Assembly (NCBI GenBank): GCA_963702845.1 | Contig: OY969763.1 | Coordinates: forward strand, 448,001 to 512,000 | DNA from: an uncultured Verrucomicrobiae bacterium | GTDB lineage: Bacteria > Verrucomicrobiota > Verrucomicrobiia > Limisphaerales > Palsa-1400 | Length of the DNA stretch: 64,000 nt | Direction of reading: 5' to 3' | Shown here: one piece after another, positions 22,301 to 31,333 of the stretch | How positions within the stretch are numbered: position 1 is the stretch's first letter | Layout: each line of letters opens with the position of its first letter | Notes under the pieces: generated by a model | Told to the model about the DNA's origin: nothing | Database searches by the model: none | What the model saw: the letters and a program-made list of their open reading frames with translations, nothing else | Made by a program: the position numbers and the translations under genes

Positions 22301-23429
22301 GGCCGTTGCGGATGGCACCCCGACGCTGAGGTATCAATGGTACGTCAAGACTGCCCTCCACACCAATAAACTGGTCACCACCACCAATCTGACGATCAAA
22401 CCGTTGGCCCTTGGTTCAGCGGGCACCTACTTCTGCGTGGTGAGCAACGCCGGCCATGGCATTACCGCTACCAGCTCCATGGCTACCATTGCAGTCTATC
22501 AAGCGCCGAAGGTTTCGACCCCGGCCAACCAGACAAAGTTCGTTGGTCAGAACGCGATCTTCAAAGTGGCGGTTAGTCCGGCCACTGCGAACAATCCTCT
22601 CTATGGTGGCCCGGTCCACTATCAATGGGTTCAAGGGCCGCCCGACAACTACACTGTGTTGATTGATAACGGCCATTACGCCGGCACGACCACCACGACC
22701 ATGACGATCGTGAACGTGCAGACCGGCGATGCGTCGGTTGCTCATACCCCGACGGGCTATCGTTGTATGGTCAACAACGGGGCTCCGACGAACGTGTTTA
22801 GCGCCTTCGGTGCGGGGTTGACCGTCAGACAATACACCAACCCCCCTGTGGTTGTGATCAATCCCACCGGCACTGGCCTTGTCACCAGCTCGAACATGAA
22901 CATAGCTGGAACAGTAACCGACAAAGGCCTGGTCACGGACGTCTCGCTCAAGCAGATCACCGTTGATGCCACCAACACGCTGCCCTCGGACATCACCTAC
23001 AAGACCAACGCCGCGCATCAACAAATGCCTGGCAATGTCCTGTGGACCAACGCCGTCACCTTGACCCCCGGCACGAATGCATTCACAGCCACGGCTGTTG
23101 ACGGCGAAGGCAACACCGGCACGAACAAGCCAGTGCGCAACATCTACCTCCTCGTGCCGCAGGCACTGACCCTGGCCACCAACGGCCCCGGCACCATTCA
23201 GATCACCTCGCTGGGTGTCCTTGGTAAACCGCTCATCGGAACGACCAACGTCTACCAGGGCATTGGTTACACCCTCAAGGCCCTGCCCAAAGTCGGCGTC
23301 CACACCTTCCTTGGTTGGACCGACGGTGACAACAACGCCTATTACGGCACCGGCCCGATCATCATCACCAACACCCTGCACTTCATCATGCCGGGAACAA
23401 ACCTGACCCTCCGCGCCAACTTTAACTAA
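16338..23429 (+). CDS. Giant secreted adhesin-like protein: PATR beta-strand repeats, Ig I-set-like domains, 10 DUF5011/HYR-like repeats, C-terminal InlB-B-like repeat
   Basis: Signal peptide MKKLLVSAALVVLCAQNATA (alternative start 16437); LKTGSGKWTLSGVNTYSGTT PATR motifs; TYQWKK Ig domains; DT.AP.IT..G...VEC..Y.DAGATA.D.C repeats; FLGWT...LRANF end. Confidence 0.9.
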   Translation: MNKSKLIRSASSSLDTFPKTNSQTLRQTATSKLMKKLLVSAALVVLCAQNATASIFFDVNSTTAGTGITSGGSFTWEGNFWTTTSGGTTATTAYDTLAPTDGTFFPRFTSSVTGGYTVTANANHSIAGMLMSTTTGTLTIQGTGVLSINAGLQGFFGGSGFMSISSKLTGPGGVVGSSGQIFLNGVNDYAGGTTPGSGLINFNSGSSFGTGHFVMTSSGGALIVEGTSAITITNDWDLSLATTTINCVGNPAGVTYSGVIPLGANTFNIGSGGATANINTFSGLISGTGNLGRSAGQSPAGIIVLTGANTYTGKTSLQSGNTSVSSINSVTTPAQQTTSCLGKPSSAANGILAFGGTTVPGILTYTGTGETTDRVIDLAGTSGGATIDQSGTGLLKFTSANTASGIGSKTLTLQGATAGTGEFAGIISDNTTVGSTVTTFSFPINSVNITNASVDGMTVGAAIAGTGIAGGATITAINTATKVVTITPAATSAGTLGETITVAGTKNLTSVLKTGSGKWTLSGVNTYSGTTTLNTAGQLNLANSSSLGTSAFVIAQNGLFDNVSGGDLTIANSIALSGGSPTYVGSANNMTITGPASIAGATRTITVTAKTLTLTQGITQDSARAFTKAGNGTLVLSGACAYTGATTINGGTLRVDGSTSSSSAVTVAAAGTLGGNGTVAGTVTVNGTISPGASPGTLTTGAETWAGAGNYVWEINDFNGSIGSAYDTINATSANITATTGSKFNIKVTSLNGTSAGTAVNFNGNTDYDFTILHTTGGITGNGVAALNVDTSAFQNTLGNGGFFFLTISGNDLVLSYRRAAFIASNPGSLALAAGATANFSGSATGSGSVTYQWKKGGVNLSNGSQPGNSVVSGATTAALTVLGVTYQDEGAYTLVATGTYGAAATSSAAALTVTDPPVITSPTSDSTVVKDAGQNQVLTVTQTGRVGTYQWKKGAGNLSNGAFDNAATVSGATAATLTLASVRGADAGIYSVVITTTDGNATSANTTLQVNDPAIAIQPASSTFECGSSNALTVTAFGTTNANGLLTYQWYTPDPSGTAITDATNSVLSFPTVSFANAGSYSVVVSNALGNFITSSVVVVTIEDTNAPVISVIGGAATAECHTSYSDAGATATDSCDGSVSVSTAGLPNINATGDYTVTYTATDSHANSSTATRLVHIQDTTVPTLTLLGSAELTISCGTPYSDAGATASDSCAGTITGSIIVNYGGLVPAAPIGGDYTITYNVQDPSGNAAIAVTRLVHVVDSTPPVITVQGASPVTVECHSSYTDAGATANDNCAGVVTPTTSGSVDANTVGNYTLTYSATDGVNISTATRVVHVTDTTAPVITLNGGAAVTNECHTSYSDPSASASDDCDAGALVSTSGTVDLNTVGVYTRTYTATDASGNHSSTTRQITVSDTVAPVITVTAGVSTVECHTSYTDAGATAADACDAAPSVGTTGSVDANTTGNYTITYTAQDASGNSSTATRVVTVVDGTAPVVTLNGAASVTLECHGSFSDPGASASDTCDASVTVSTSGVLDANTPGVYTLTYSSTDLASNTGTATRTVTVSDNAAPVVTLTGAASVTVECHSSYTEAGATANDACEGSVSVNTTGSVDANTVGNYTLTYGACDSGSHCAATTRIVHVIDTAAPLVTINGTSPMTVECHGSFSDPGATSADDCDAGPSVVTSGSVNANAVGFYTLTYSSTDAANNTGSATRVVHVTDTVAPVITVTGGDQTVECHDTFTDAGATAADACEGDVSTNIAVSGSVDANTVGVYTLTYSVADGSGNPASATRIVTVNDTVPPVITVTGGTTVSACQFVAYNDAGATANDACTGSVSVSSSGSVDTSTAGAYTLTYSAQDTTGNTATAIRVVTVGPCNAVITQQPHDTNVNANASFTLSVTAVSGNPITYQWKTNGVAISGATDSSYTVAHAFRGNAGTYTVDVISGVTTITSDPAVVTVQDPAFTINPISQTLAVGVNTNLSLVAVADGTPTLRYQWYVKTALHTNKLVTTTNLTIKPLALGSAGTYFCVVSNAGHGITATSSMATIAVYQAPKVSTPANQTKFVGQNAIFKVAVSPATANNPLYGGPVHYQWVQGPPDNYTVLIDNGHYAGTTTTTMTIVNVQTGDASVAHTPTGYRCMVNNGAPTNVFSAFGAGLTVRQYTNPPVVVINPTGTGLVTSSNMNIAGTVTDKGLVTDVSLKQITVDATNTLPSDITYKTNAAHQQMPGNVLWTNAVTLTPGTNAFTATAVDGEGNTGTNKPVRNIYLLVPQALTLATNGPGTIQITSLGVLGKPLIGTTNVYQGIGYTLKALPKVGVHTFLGWTDGDNNAYYGTGPIIITNTLHFIMPGTNLTLRANFN
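19650..21975 (+). repeat. Ten tandem roughly 77-aa DUF5011-like Ig repeats
   Basis: Counted from DTNAPVISV to DTVPPVITV...VVTVGPC. Confidence 0.9.
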
Positions 23430-23454
23430 CGCGCGAAGATAAATCGCTAAACTC

Positions 23455-23490
23455 AAAGCGCCCTCGACCATTTCGAGGGCGCTTTTTTTG
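23455..23490 (+). terminator. Intrinsic terminator
   Basis: AAAGCGCCCTCGA-CCATT-TCGAGGGCGCTTT followed by TTTT. Confidence 0.9.
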
Positions 23491-23539
23491 TTTCTTTGAC
23501 AAGTCGTGCCTTTAGCATGCTGCCGATGGCGAAGTAACT

Positions 23540-25114
23540 ATGCGTTTAATTTCCAAGTTTTTCATGATGACTATGGTCGCCTCCAGCATGGTCGTGCGGG
23601 CAGAGGTGATTGAATCGGACATCTGCGTCTTCGGCGGCACATCAGCTGGTGTCATCGCTGCCGTCCAATCGGCGCGCATGGGGAAGAAGGTCGTTCTGAC
23701 GGAAGTGGGGCAGCACTTGGGTGGAATGACCAGCGGCGGCTTGAGCCAGACGGATATCGGCAATAAAGCAGCTATCGGCGGCGTCGCCCGTGAATTCTAT
23801 CACCGTATGGGCCGGCACTACGGCACGAACGAAGTCTGGAAGCTCGAACCCAGTGTCGCGGAATCGGTGTTCAAGCACATGTTGGCGGAGGCGCGCGTCC
23901 TCGTTTATTTCGATCAACGACTCAGCTCGGTGAAAAAGAAAAAGGGCCGCATCACCGAAATTAAAATGGAAGGCGGCACCGTTTTTCGTTCCACCGAATT
24001 CATCGATGCGACCTACGAGGGCGATCTCATGGCCAAAGCCGGCGTCAGTTACACGGTCGGTCGCGAAGCCACCGCCCAATATGGCGAGACGCTCAACGGC
24101 ATTCGCAAGCAAACTCCGAAACACCAGTTTACCGTCCTGGTTGATCCGTATTTGAAACCCGGCAACACCAAAAGTGGTTTGCTGCCATGGATTCAAACCC
24201 AGCCGCTCGGCACGCCGGGCGCTGCAGATCGGTCCGTTCAGGCCTACAACTTTCGCCTTTGCCTAACGCAAAACCAAACCAACAAAATTCCCATCCAACC
24301 GCCGCCTGACTATCGCGAATCGGATTACGAACTCCTCGCGCGCTACATCGAAGCGCTCGTCGCTGCCGGCAAGATGCCGAAGCTCGGCCAGCTCATGCAC
24401 ATTCAACCGATGCCGCACGACAAAACCGACATCAACAACAACGGCGGGTTCTCGACCGATTTCATCGGCGAAAACTATGACTATCCCGAAGCGAGCTACC
24501 GTCGCCGGTTCGACATCTGGAAAGCGCACGAAAATTATACGCGCGGCTTTCTCCATTTCCTGGCGACCAGTTCGCGCGTGCCGGAAAGTATTCGCACCGA
24601 GATGCAAAGCTGGGGCCTCTGCCGCGATGAATTTAAAGACACCGGCGGCTGGCCGCATCAACTCTACGTCCGCGAAGCCCGCCGCATGGTCGCGGATGTC
24701 GTCATGACTGAAAGCCACTGTCGCGCGAAGGAAGTTGTTCGTGATCCAATTGGCCTGGCGGCTTACCAAATGGACTCTCACAACTGCCGTCGCATCGTCC
24801 GCGATGGCCACGTCGAAAACGAAGGCGACGTGCAGGTTGCGCCGATGAAGCCCTATCCGATTTCCTTCCGCTCCATCGTTCCGAAACAAAAGGAATGCGA
24901 GAACCTTATCGTTCCCGTCTGTCTTTCCGCGACCCACATCGCCTATGGCTCGATTCGGATGGAGCCGGTGTTCATGGTGCTCGGCCAATCTGCTGCGACG
25001 ATTGCTGCTGCGGCCGTCGACGAACACGCCGCCGTCCAAAGCATCAACTACTCCAACCTACGCGAGCGTTTAGTCAAAGACGGCCAGGTTCTCGAGTGGA
25101 AGGGCGCAAAGTAA
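23540..25114 (+). CDS. Secreted FAD-dependent oxidoreductase (FAD_oxidored family)
   Basis: DICVFGGTSAGVIAA, GGMTSGGL, FIDATYEGDL, LYVREARRM, SATHIAYGSIRMEP. Confidence 0.88.
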   Translation: MRLISKFFMMTMVASSMVVRAEVIESDICVFGGTSAGVIAAVQSARMGKKVVLTEVGQHLGGMTSGGLSQTDIGNKAAIGGVAREFYHRMGRHYGTNEVWKLEPSVAESVFKHMLAEARVLVYFDQRLSSVKKKKGRITEIKMEGGTVFRSTEFIDATYEGDLMAKAGVSYTVGREATAQYGETLNGIRKQTPKHQFTVLVDPYLKPGNTKSGLLPWIQTQPLGTPGAADRSVQAYNFRLCLTQNQTNKIPIQPPPDYRESDYELLARYIEALVAAGKMPKLGQLMHIQPMPHDKTDINNNGGFSTDFIGENYDYPEASYRRRFDIWKAHENYTRGFLHFLATSSRVPESIRTEMQSWGLCRDEFKDTGGWPHQLYVREARRMVADVVMTESHCRAKEVVRDPIGLAAYQMDSHNCRRIVRDGHVENEGDVQVAPMKPYPISFRSIVPKQKECENLIVPVCLSATHIAYGSIRMEPVFMVLGQSAATIAAAAVDEHAAVQSINYSNLRERLVKDGQVLEWKGAK

Positions 25115-25152
25115 GGGTTGTATGCGACTACATGATATGGTTACGTGAAGTA

Positions 25153-26386
<1,234 letters not shown>

Positions 26387-26703
26387 GTGGCAAAAGCGAA
26401 AGCTCCAAAAAGCTGAGGTCCAACGTCCAACGTCGGATAACCTCGATCAGGTTTGGATCGAGGGGAGGACAAGGACGACGGGAGGGCGAATGACTTTTGC
26501 CCCATACCGAACCCCCTTCGGACCCGTCCTGCCGTCCCAACGCCGGGAAATTCAAAAATGTGGCACATTGTGGCACATTCTTTCCCATTCCTTCTCTTTG
26601 GAGAAACATGGAGAAACATCCGAGAAGGGTTGGAGAAACATTTGTTTCTCCATTTTACCGACGATCGCCGATATCAAGTTTTTCGTTTTAGTCGCCATTA
26701 CAA

Positions 26704-26770
26704 ATGTCAAAGAACAGTTTGCTGATATTAGCAGCGGCTTGATATTATAGTGAAGCAGCTAACGTGTCAA
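26704..26770 (-). promoter_or_regulatory. Consensus sigma70 hexamers followed by a boxA-like element
   Basis: Minus strand: TTGACA (26770-26765), N15, TATAAT (26749-26744), then TGTTCTTTGACAT (26716-26704). Confidence 0.55.
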
Positions 26771-26806
26771 GATGCGGACATTGGAACAAAGGCTGAAGGC
26801 TAAATT

Positions 26807-27244
26807 CTAAAGGCTAAAGTTGTGGCGGTTATCCGGAACTTCAGATGCTACCGCGCTCAGGTGATTCGGTCGCAGATACCACCAGTTCCAAAAGTTTGCG
26901 GCGAAGAGGCCGCCGGCGGTGTAGCAGAAGACGTCGTGGTAGTCGGACGTCGCGTAGCGAGAGAAGAATGTGGTGGATGGGAGATAGCGTTCGAACATCA
27001 ACGACCAAAGGATCAGCGGGACAATGAGTTCAATCGGATGAGGAGCGGAGTCGTCGTGACGGAGTCGGAGTTTGCGCATTAGGAAGAGCATCACCGGGAC
27101 CCACATCGGAAGACACATGCAGTCGTTCAGGTATGACCGGGAGAATTCGTTTGGGAGGTACGGTTTGATGATGCAGCGGTTCAGCGCGTAGATGATGATG
27201 CACGCAAGGAACAGCGGGTCTTTGAGGTAGCGGAACGGTTTCAT
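26807..27244 (-). CDS. Hypothetical membrane protein
   Basis: About four hydrophobic segments; its start abuts the upstream gene's stop at 27244. Confidence 0.7.
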   Translation of the reverse strand: MKPFRYLKDPLFLACIIIYALNRCIIKPYLPNEFSRSYLNDCMCLPMWVPVMLFLMRKLRLRHDDSAPHPIELIVPLILWSLMFERYLPSTTFFSRYATSDYHDVFCYTAGGLFAANFWNWWYLRPNHLSAVASEVPDNRHNFSL

Positions 27245-27888
27245 CAGTGGCCACTCGGGACATGAAGGCCGGTGATCATAATTGCGAGGATGGTCGCGGC
27301 AATGACAGTGGCAAAGAGCCGAAAGACTAGCGATGTGACTGGATGATCAGATAATTGGGTGGTCTTGACTCCTGAGATACAGATCAGCGCGGCGGCGAAT
27401 CCGCAGATGATGGAGCAATTGACCATCCCTCGTGCGGCAGGCGCTTTGAGAAATTGCGGGAAGGTCATTTTGCGTTCTTTGGGTCGTGGATTTTTGTTGG
27501 CCAGGTCGCAATTGATGCCGATGCCGCCGGGTTTGTTGTCGGCACCGTAGGAGGTGATAATGCAGTGCGGGCCAGTGACGGAGTATTGGAACGGATGGTG
27601 CCAGCCATCTGTAAGGGGTTCGGCGTATGAAATACCATTGGTGGAAGCGTCGATCGCTTGTTCAAGTGATTGGGGAAGCGAGTTGGACTTCTGAATGTAT
27701 TCCTTCACTGTTTGATCGAGATATTCGAGTCGCCAGCGTGTCACCATTTGTTCGCGACAGAGGTATTCGTTGTAGTGTTCGACCACATTGTTGTACCACG
27801 CAATGTAGATGGAAATTGCGGCGACGATTGCTCCGACGATTAGGCCCAGAAGGAGGCGGACGAGGAGCATGCTGCGTTTGTTTTCCAT
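27244..27888 (-). CDS. Membrane protein with a T2SS pseudopilin G (T2SSG)-like domain
   Basis: DGWHHPFQY...ITSYGADNKPGG...DL motif between one N-terminal and two C-terminal TM helices. The upstream part of the track ORF (to 28203) runs through repeat DNA. Confidence 0.75.
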   Translation of the reverse strand: MENKRSMLLVRLLLGLIVGAIVAAISIYIAWYNNVVEHYNEYLCREQMVTRWRLEYLDQTVKEYIQKSNSLPQSLEQAIDASTNGISYAEPLTDGWHHPFQYSVTGPHCIITSYGADNKPGGIGINCDLANKNPRPKERKMTFPQFLKAPAARGMVNCSIICGFAAALICISGVKTTQLSDHPVTSLVFRLFATVIAATILAIMITGLHVPSGH

Positions 27889-27972
27889 GGAGCAGGTTTG
27901 CTTTGGTTGTTTCTGTGAGGGGTTGTAGCGCGATTGGGGTGGAAAGGGAATGGGAATGTTTCCGGGTGCGCG

Positions 27973-28015
27973 CGGAATTTTCGTAGCGGCGCATCGAGTG
28001 CCGCTACGAAAAGAA
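27973..28015. repeat. Palindromic REP-like element, copy 1
   Basis: CGGAATTTTCGTAGCGGC-GCATCGAGT-GCCGCTACGAAAAGAA; homologous to 29412-29454. Confidence 0.7.
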
Positions 28016-28086
28016 TGATTCTGTAGAGGATCGACGTCGCGGTGCGGTGCGGATTTTTTGACCGGTTTTGGTTGCTTGCGCACGGT

Positions 28087-28113
28087 TCCACCTTCGCCAA
28101 GGCTACGGTGGAC
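28087..28113. repeat. Short palindromic interspersed element of the CCTTCGC.AA.GCTACGG type
   Basis: TCCACCTTCGCCAAGGCTACGGTGGAC; resembles a short repeat I recall from many environmental genomes. Confidence 0.55.
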
Positions 28114-28309
28114 GGGTGCGTGTTCAATCGTGGGCAGATCGGTTTTGGCGAAAGTTGGTTGGTAGCCCGTCGCCTGGCGCTTCTTAGGCACGAGCAGGAT
28201 CAATTGATCAGATCAGTGGATCGGATCAAATATTTAACAGAAGGAAACGAACGGAACGAAGGATAGGGAAAGAGGAAGTGGGAAGAAGCGGAATGGCCGC
28301 GGGTGTCAC

Positions 28310-29323
28310 TCACCACCACGGGCCTTTTTTGTATATGACCGAGCTGGTGCCGCCGGCGCGTTGGCCGAACTGATTGATGACGTAGACTTCCTGGTCGGGG
28401 TAGTCGGCCCAGACATCGCCGTCGGGAGATTTGGCGGTGGTGCGAACCGGTGAACCGTTGGACAGGCGTTGGTAGGTGAGTGAGCAAACGTGTTTGCCAT
28501 TGTGGATGACTTTGGTTTCGTTGACCCAGTTTTTGAGGTCGCGCGAGTAGCGGAATTCTAAAACATTGTTGGTGTCCGAGCTGTAGGTTTGCGCGATGGG
28601 AATGCCAGCAGAGAATTCTTCAGTGCCGTAGAGGTTGCCCGCAGCACTATAGGCGTCGCGGCGAATCAAGGTGCCGTTGTCGTCGTAGGTGTATTTTCCG
28701 TTGACGGTGAGTTTGGCGCCTTCGAATTGTTTTAGGGTTGTGCGGTTACCGGTATTTGGATCGATGTCAATTTCCTGGGACCGCGAAGTGTCGCGACGGG
28801 GCGGCACCTGTTTATGGATGAGGATGCCGGCGCCGTTGTAGGAGAAGATGTAGCGGAATTTTTCTGAACCATTGGGGTCGTAGTTGCGTTGTTCGACGCC
28901 GCCGTTGGTTTGGGTGTTGATGAGGTAGGCGGTGAGAACGTTGTGGACGGTGAGGAAGTCCATTCGTTTGACACAGCCGGCGTCGGTGAACTGAACTTTT
29001 ACGATGCCGGTGCGTTCGCCGTTGGCGAAGGTTTCGAAATGGTCGGGCAGTTTGTTGTCGCTAGTGTAGTGGAAGACTTCTTCTGCTGTTTTCTTGCCGT
29101 CCCGGATGATTTCGATTCGGGTATAGCGCCCGGCGGGATCCTGTTCGACGTCGTATCTTTTTCCTTTCGGACCGGGCGGGTTGAGTTCGCCTCGGAAAGC
29201 GAACAGGCCGCACTGCACGTCGAGTCGATAGCGATAGGAGTGCATTGCGGCATCAGCGTTTGGCGAAGATGAAGCGAATGCGAGCGTTGATGCGAGCGCC
29301 AAGGTGAACGGCTTTATTCCCAT
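28310..29323 (-). CDS. Secreted hypothetical protein with YD/MORN-like beta-hairpin repeats
   Basis: Signal peptide; recurring Y.YD.NG.L motifs (YDPNG, YNGAG, YTYDDNGTL). Confidence 0.7.
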   Translation of the reverse strand: MGIKPFTLALASTLAFASSSPNADAAMHSYRYRLDVQCGLFAFRGELNPPGPKGKRYDVEQDPAGRYTRIEIIRDGKKTAEEVFHYTSDNKLPDHFETFANGERTGIVKVQFTDAGCVKRMDFLTVHNVLTAYLINTQTNGGVEQRNYDPNGSEKFRYIFSYNGAGILIHKQVPPRRDTSRSQEIDIDPNTGNRTTLKQFEGAKLTVNGKYTYDDNGTLIRRDAYSAAGNLYGTEEFSAGIPIAQTYSSDTNNVLEFRYSRDLKNWVNETKVIHNGKHVCSLTYQRLSNGSPVRTTAKSPDGDVWADYPDQEVYVINQFGQRAGGTSSVIYKKGPWW

Positions 29324-29411
29324 GCCGTTGTTGTAGCGAAGGGGCGGAGATTCGGCAAGGGGATCAGGGGATCAGAAAGCGCCGAGTGATGAGTGACGAG
29401 CGCGAGGTTTT

Positions 29412-29454
29412 CGGAATTTTCGCATCGTCGCGTCGAACGCCGATACGAAAAGAA
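29412..29454. repeat. Palindromic REP-like element, copy 2
   Basis: CGGAATTTTCGCATCGTCGCGTCGAACGCCGATACGAAAAGAA. Confidence 0.65.
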
Positions 29455-29478
29455 ATAGAATTCTAGACTTTGCCGTTT

Positions 29479-29525
29479 CCGTGGGATGAATCACCACGGC
29501 TACCTTCGGGTCACCGCTACGCGGT
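29479..29525. repeat. Degenerate REP-type element
   Basis: CCGTGG-GATGAATCA-CCACGGCTACCTTCGGGTCACCGCTACGCGG; resembles REP-like repeats of PVC bacteria (recalled, not searched). Confidence 0.5.
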
Positions 29526-29532
29526 TTCGGAA

Positions 29533-30042
29533 CTAAATCTTCGTCGAGTCATAGGCCCAATGGAGCAAGGCTTGCCGTTGCGCCGGCCTACATGACAGGT
29601 CGCCGGGGCGGCAGTTGGCTTTGATTTGGCCGATGTGGCGGCGGATGGCTTTCCAGCGTTTGATTTGGCGCAGGTCTTCTTCGGGCATGCGCCGGCCCAT
29701 GTAATATCGGCAATACCATTGGAACCAGCCGCGCGGGTCGTCGGGATGGATCCAGCCTTTGCGCCGCCATTCGGCTAGTGGTTGACTGGCGTTGATCTGG
29801 AAGTAGTTGAGCATGGGGTCGCGCCGTTCAGGTGACAGCTTGGCGTGGGTGAACCAGCTTTTTGGAAATTCGGCCTGGCAGTCGGTTATGTATTTGCCAC
29901 CGAAGATTCCCATCTTAAGCATTTGCGTCGGGGTCAGTTCGGGTTTGAATTCGGGATGGAAGTTGCGACCGACGGGCTCGGTGCAGTAGTAAACATAGCG
30001 CTTCTGCATCTTGTCGTTTACGAGCACCTTACGGGTTTGCAT
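29533..30042 (-). CDS. Conserved hypothetical protein
   Basis: F.PELTP..ML..G.FGGKY and WI..DDPRGWFQWYCRYY.GRR motifs. Confidence 0.8.
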   Translation of the reverse strand: MQTRKVLVNDKMQKRYVYYCTEPVGRNFHPEFKPELTPTQMLKMGIFGGKYITDCQAEFPKSWFTHAKLSPERRDPMLNYFQINASQPLAEWRRKGWIHPDDPRGWFQWYCRYYMGRRMPEEDLRQIKRWKAIRRHIGQIKANCRPGDLSCRPAQRQALLHWAYDSTKI

Positions 30043-30157
30043 GACAAGAACTTTGGATGCCGCAGTGTAAAATCAAGTCAATTAAAGATCAGAAAGTCAA
30101 AAAAAAAGGTTCTAAGCCGATTGGTTTACAAGTAGAATGTAGGGACAAACCTTACAT

Positions 30158-31333
30158 ATGTCCAAGCCCGCGGTTGTCATCAGTTCGATGCCACCCCGCA
30201 CCCAAAGCTACTTTGATTGGCTTATTACTGGGTTGGGGATCCTGCAGGAAGAAGGCCGGGCGACATTGCGATTTGAGGACCGTTGGTGGAACAGGGCGCT
30301 GCGTGCTCACCCAAAGGTGATGGCGGCTGCCTGGCGAATGGGGGATGATTTTGTGGAGTTCGTTTCGCCGATGGATGCAGTTTGTCTCACGGGCCGGGTG
30401 GAAGTGGGGGATAAGGTCGTGAGTTTTGCAATGGACGTAGCGGATGCGCCGTTTAATTTTGCGCTCGGGCACCTTGAAGCAGCTGATCTGTATTTCAAGT
30501 GTCAGTGCCCGAAGTCATTCGAACCTGAGGGTTACTCGCTCAACCGGCATTTGCGAATCCCATATCACCCGGAAGTGTTCCGGCTGAAGCATAAGATTCG
30601 CCCGGGGATGTTGGGCCGGCCGTTGGCGGTCGGGACGGATTTAAAAAAGAATTTACGGGTGTTGCGGCAATGGGAAGCGGCGGCGAATCCGAGGAAGGAT
30701 GTGCGGATTTTTGCGTCGTTTGCGCATGACCGAGGTGTGAAGCCGAGGACGTCGCGGGATCGGTTGCCGTCGGCGTTTAATTATGAGAGCGAGAATTCGC
30801 TGATCAAACGTTGGGGCGGCCAGATTCATCATCCGAATCGGAAACGGGAGCGCATCGTGGAGATGTTGCGGCGGATGGAGAAGCCGGATGTGAACGCGCG
30901 GATTTGGAAGACGGAGAATGCGGCGGTGGGCGGACCGATGCTGAGCGAGGATGAGTATCGCGCGATGGTCGGGCGTTCGGCGGTGGTGGTGAATGTGTCG
31001 GGATTGCGGCGGAGTTTGCCGTTTCGGTTTATGGACGCGTTTATCTGCGGCGCTGCGGTTGCGACGGATACGGTTGGAACGCGCTGGCCGCAGCCGTGGG
31101 AGATGGGCACAGAGATTTTTGAGATTGGCGATTTGGGTTATGAGTTGGACGAAGAAGTGGATTGGAAAGCGGTCGGAAAACGTTTTCAGGAAATTTATGA
31201 GCGGAACGGGCAGGGCGGCGAGCACTATAAAGCAGTGCAGGATTTGTATCGGAAAAAATGGGCGCCGCAGGTTTATGCAAAGTATGTGGTCGATGAGTGC
31301 TTGCAAGTAGTTGCGAGCAAGAGTTCAGAGTAA
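30158..31333 (+). CDS. Hypothetical protein, possibly GT-B glycosyltransferase-like
   Basis: YFKCQ motif; C-terminal EYRAMV.RS.VVVN..G...FRFMDAF..GAAV resembles a GT-B C-domain; abuts the STELLO gene. Confidence 0.55.
   Translation: MSKPAVVISSMPPRTQSYFDWLITGLGILQEEGRATLRFEDRWWNRALRAHPKVMAAAWRMGDDFVEFVSPMDAVCLTGRVEVGDKVVSFAMDVADAPFNFALGHLEAADLYFKCQCPKSFEPEGYSLNRHLRIPYHPEVFRLKHKIRPGMLGRPLAVGTDLKKNLRVLRQWEAAANPRKDVRIFASFAHDRGVKPRTSRDRLPSAFNYESENSLIKRWGGQIHHPNRKRERIVEMLRRMEKPDVNARIWKTENAAVGGPMLSEDEYRAMVGRSAVVVNVSGLRRSLPFRFMDAFICGAAVATDTVGTRWPQPWEMGTEIFEIGDLGYELDEEVDWKAVGKRFQEIYERNGQGGEHYKAVQDLYRKKWAPQVYAKYVVDECLQVVASKSSE

Noticed and set aside
26560..26655. CRISPR array downstream of the boxA-like leader
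   Set aside because: Repeats are only 10 bp and adjacent, with no regular spacers and no cas genes.
27889..28203. N-terminal 105-aa extension of the T2SSG-like ORF
   Set aside because: Runs through palindromic repeat DNA; ATG 27888 before the TM segment is the more plausible start.
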